A DNA stretch of 63,309 nucleotides, the filler included, from Octopus bimaculoides (lineage: Eukaryota), in the NCBI RefSeq assembly GCF_001194135.2. It is 7 parts of 5 records of this genome, joined end to end, with 100 filler letters (N's around TTAATTAATTAA, not from the genome) between each part and the next. Parts side by side here need not be neighbours in the genome. Positions count along the whole stretch, not along the records: positions 62,293 to 63,309 come from NW_026343189.1; 6 more parts are not named here. The stretch is one strand, 5' to 3'. Both the position numbers and the translations under genes were made by a program. Every line of letters starts with the position of its first letter. Within the stretch, counting starts at the first letter, position 1. Shown one piece after another: positions 62,293-63,309 of the stretch. Below the pieces are notes generated by a model that did not search any database, was not told where the DNA came from, and saw nothing but the letters and a program-made list of their open reading frames with translations.

Positions 62293-62795
62293 AATTTATC
62301 ATGAGTCATTTCGTTTGTCAGTCAATTCAACGTCAGTCAATTCGTTTGTCAGTCAATTTGTTTGTCAGTCAATTCACCATCAGTCAATTTATCATGAGTC
62401 AATTCCTTTGTCAGTCAATTCGTTTGTCAGTCAATTCGTTTGTCAGTCAATTCATCATCAGTCAGTTTATCATCAGTCAATTCGTTTGTCAGTCAATTCC
62501 TTTGTCAGTCAACTCCTTTGTCAGTCAATTCCTTTGTTAGTCAATTCATCAACAGTCAATTCATCATCAGTCAATTTATCATGAGTCAATTCGTTTGTCA
62601 GTNNNNNNNNNNATTCATCATCAGTCAATTTATCATGAGTCAATTCGTTTGTCAGTCAATTCAACGTCAGTCAATTCGTTTGTCAGTCAATTCATCAACA
62701 GTCAATTTGTTTGTCAATCAATTCATTTGTCAGTAAATTCATCATTAGTCAATTCATCATTAGTCAAGTTATCATGAGTCAATTCATTGTCAGTA
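62293..62795. repeat. 15-16-bp minisatellite (tcagtcaattcgtttg / atcagtcaattcatc)
   Basis: Visible tandem array with variant units. Confidence 0.92.
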
Positions 62796-62859
62796 ATCTC
62801 ACCACCATGTTGATTTGCCCTCCACACCTGAATTACAATGTCACCAGGGTAATATTCTA

Positions 62860-63309
62860 GTTGCTAGGATAAGAGCTGGTTGGACAAAGATTAGGGAGTT
62901 ATTGCCTTTGCTGATAACGAAAGGGTCTCACACTCAGAGTGAAAGACAGATTGCATAATGTCTACGTATGGACAGCTGTGCAGCATGGCAGTGAAACATG
63001 AGCTGTGACTGAAGAAGACATGTGAATGGGTGAAAGTAATGAACTCAATATGTTCCCCTGGTTATGCAATGTCAGTGTTCATGTATGACAAAGCATTAAT
63101 GCGTTGAGAGAAAAATTGGACATAAGAAGCATTGGATGTTATGTGCAAGGGAAGAGACTGCATTGGTATGGTCATGTGATGCATATGGATGAGGACAGCT
63201 GCTTAAAGAACTGATGGTCATTGAATATAGAGGGAATCTGTGCAAGTGGAAGACCTAAGAAGACATGGGACACAGTAGTGAAAAATGATCTTCAGAGGTT
63301 GAGCTTCAC
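62860..63309 (+). mobile_element. RTE-clade LINE RT C-terminus, degraded, running off the window
   Basis: IRAGWTKIRELLPLL, HGSET*AV, RLHWYGHVMHMDEDSC, GRPKKTWDTVVKNDL. Confidence 0.9.

Noticed and set aside
62293-62795. Regular short repeats as a possible CRISPR array
   Set aside because: No unique spacers, contiguous variant units, eukaryotic context, no cas genes

Overview
AT-rich, gap-ridden eukaryotic draft-assembly DNA. Its SINE families and extreme (TA)n/(CA)n/(TATG)n/(ATT)n microsatellite load look like octopus (coleoid cephalopod) genome; this is inferred from repeat content. There is no CRISPR array, rRNA or prokaryotic gene. No host protein-coding gene can be identified, only weak candidate exons. 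The one clearly intact gene is a tRNA-Ser(CGA) at 53352-53433 (-). Almost everything else recognisable is decayed mobile DNA. Non-LTR retrotransposon fragments include R4/Dong-like RLE elements of several lineages, a CRE-like element, L1/Tx1, RTE and CR1/L2. There are also two Penelope-like GIY-YIG fragments, three tRNA-derived SINE groups, two palindromic mariner derivatives, hAT and piggyBac-type MITEs, and a fossil hAT transposase. The most interesting signals are an RLE LINE family that sits inside (CATA)n tracts, (TAA)n-embedded elements, a minimal hammerhead-ribozyme fold inside a SINE's microsatellite spacer, one-ended fold-back mariners, a SINE tail matching an L1/Tx1 3' end, and a perfect 55-bp inverted copy inside an (ATT)n tract. 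Most ORF-track entries are microsatellite or N-gap artefacts. Coordinates of decayed elements are approximate, and identities were judged by eye.
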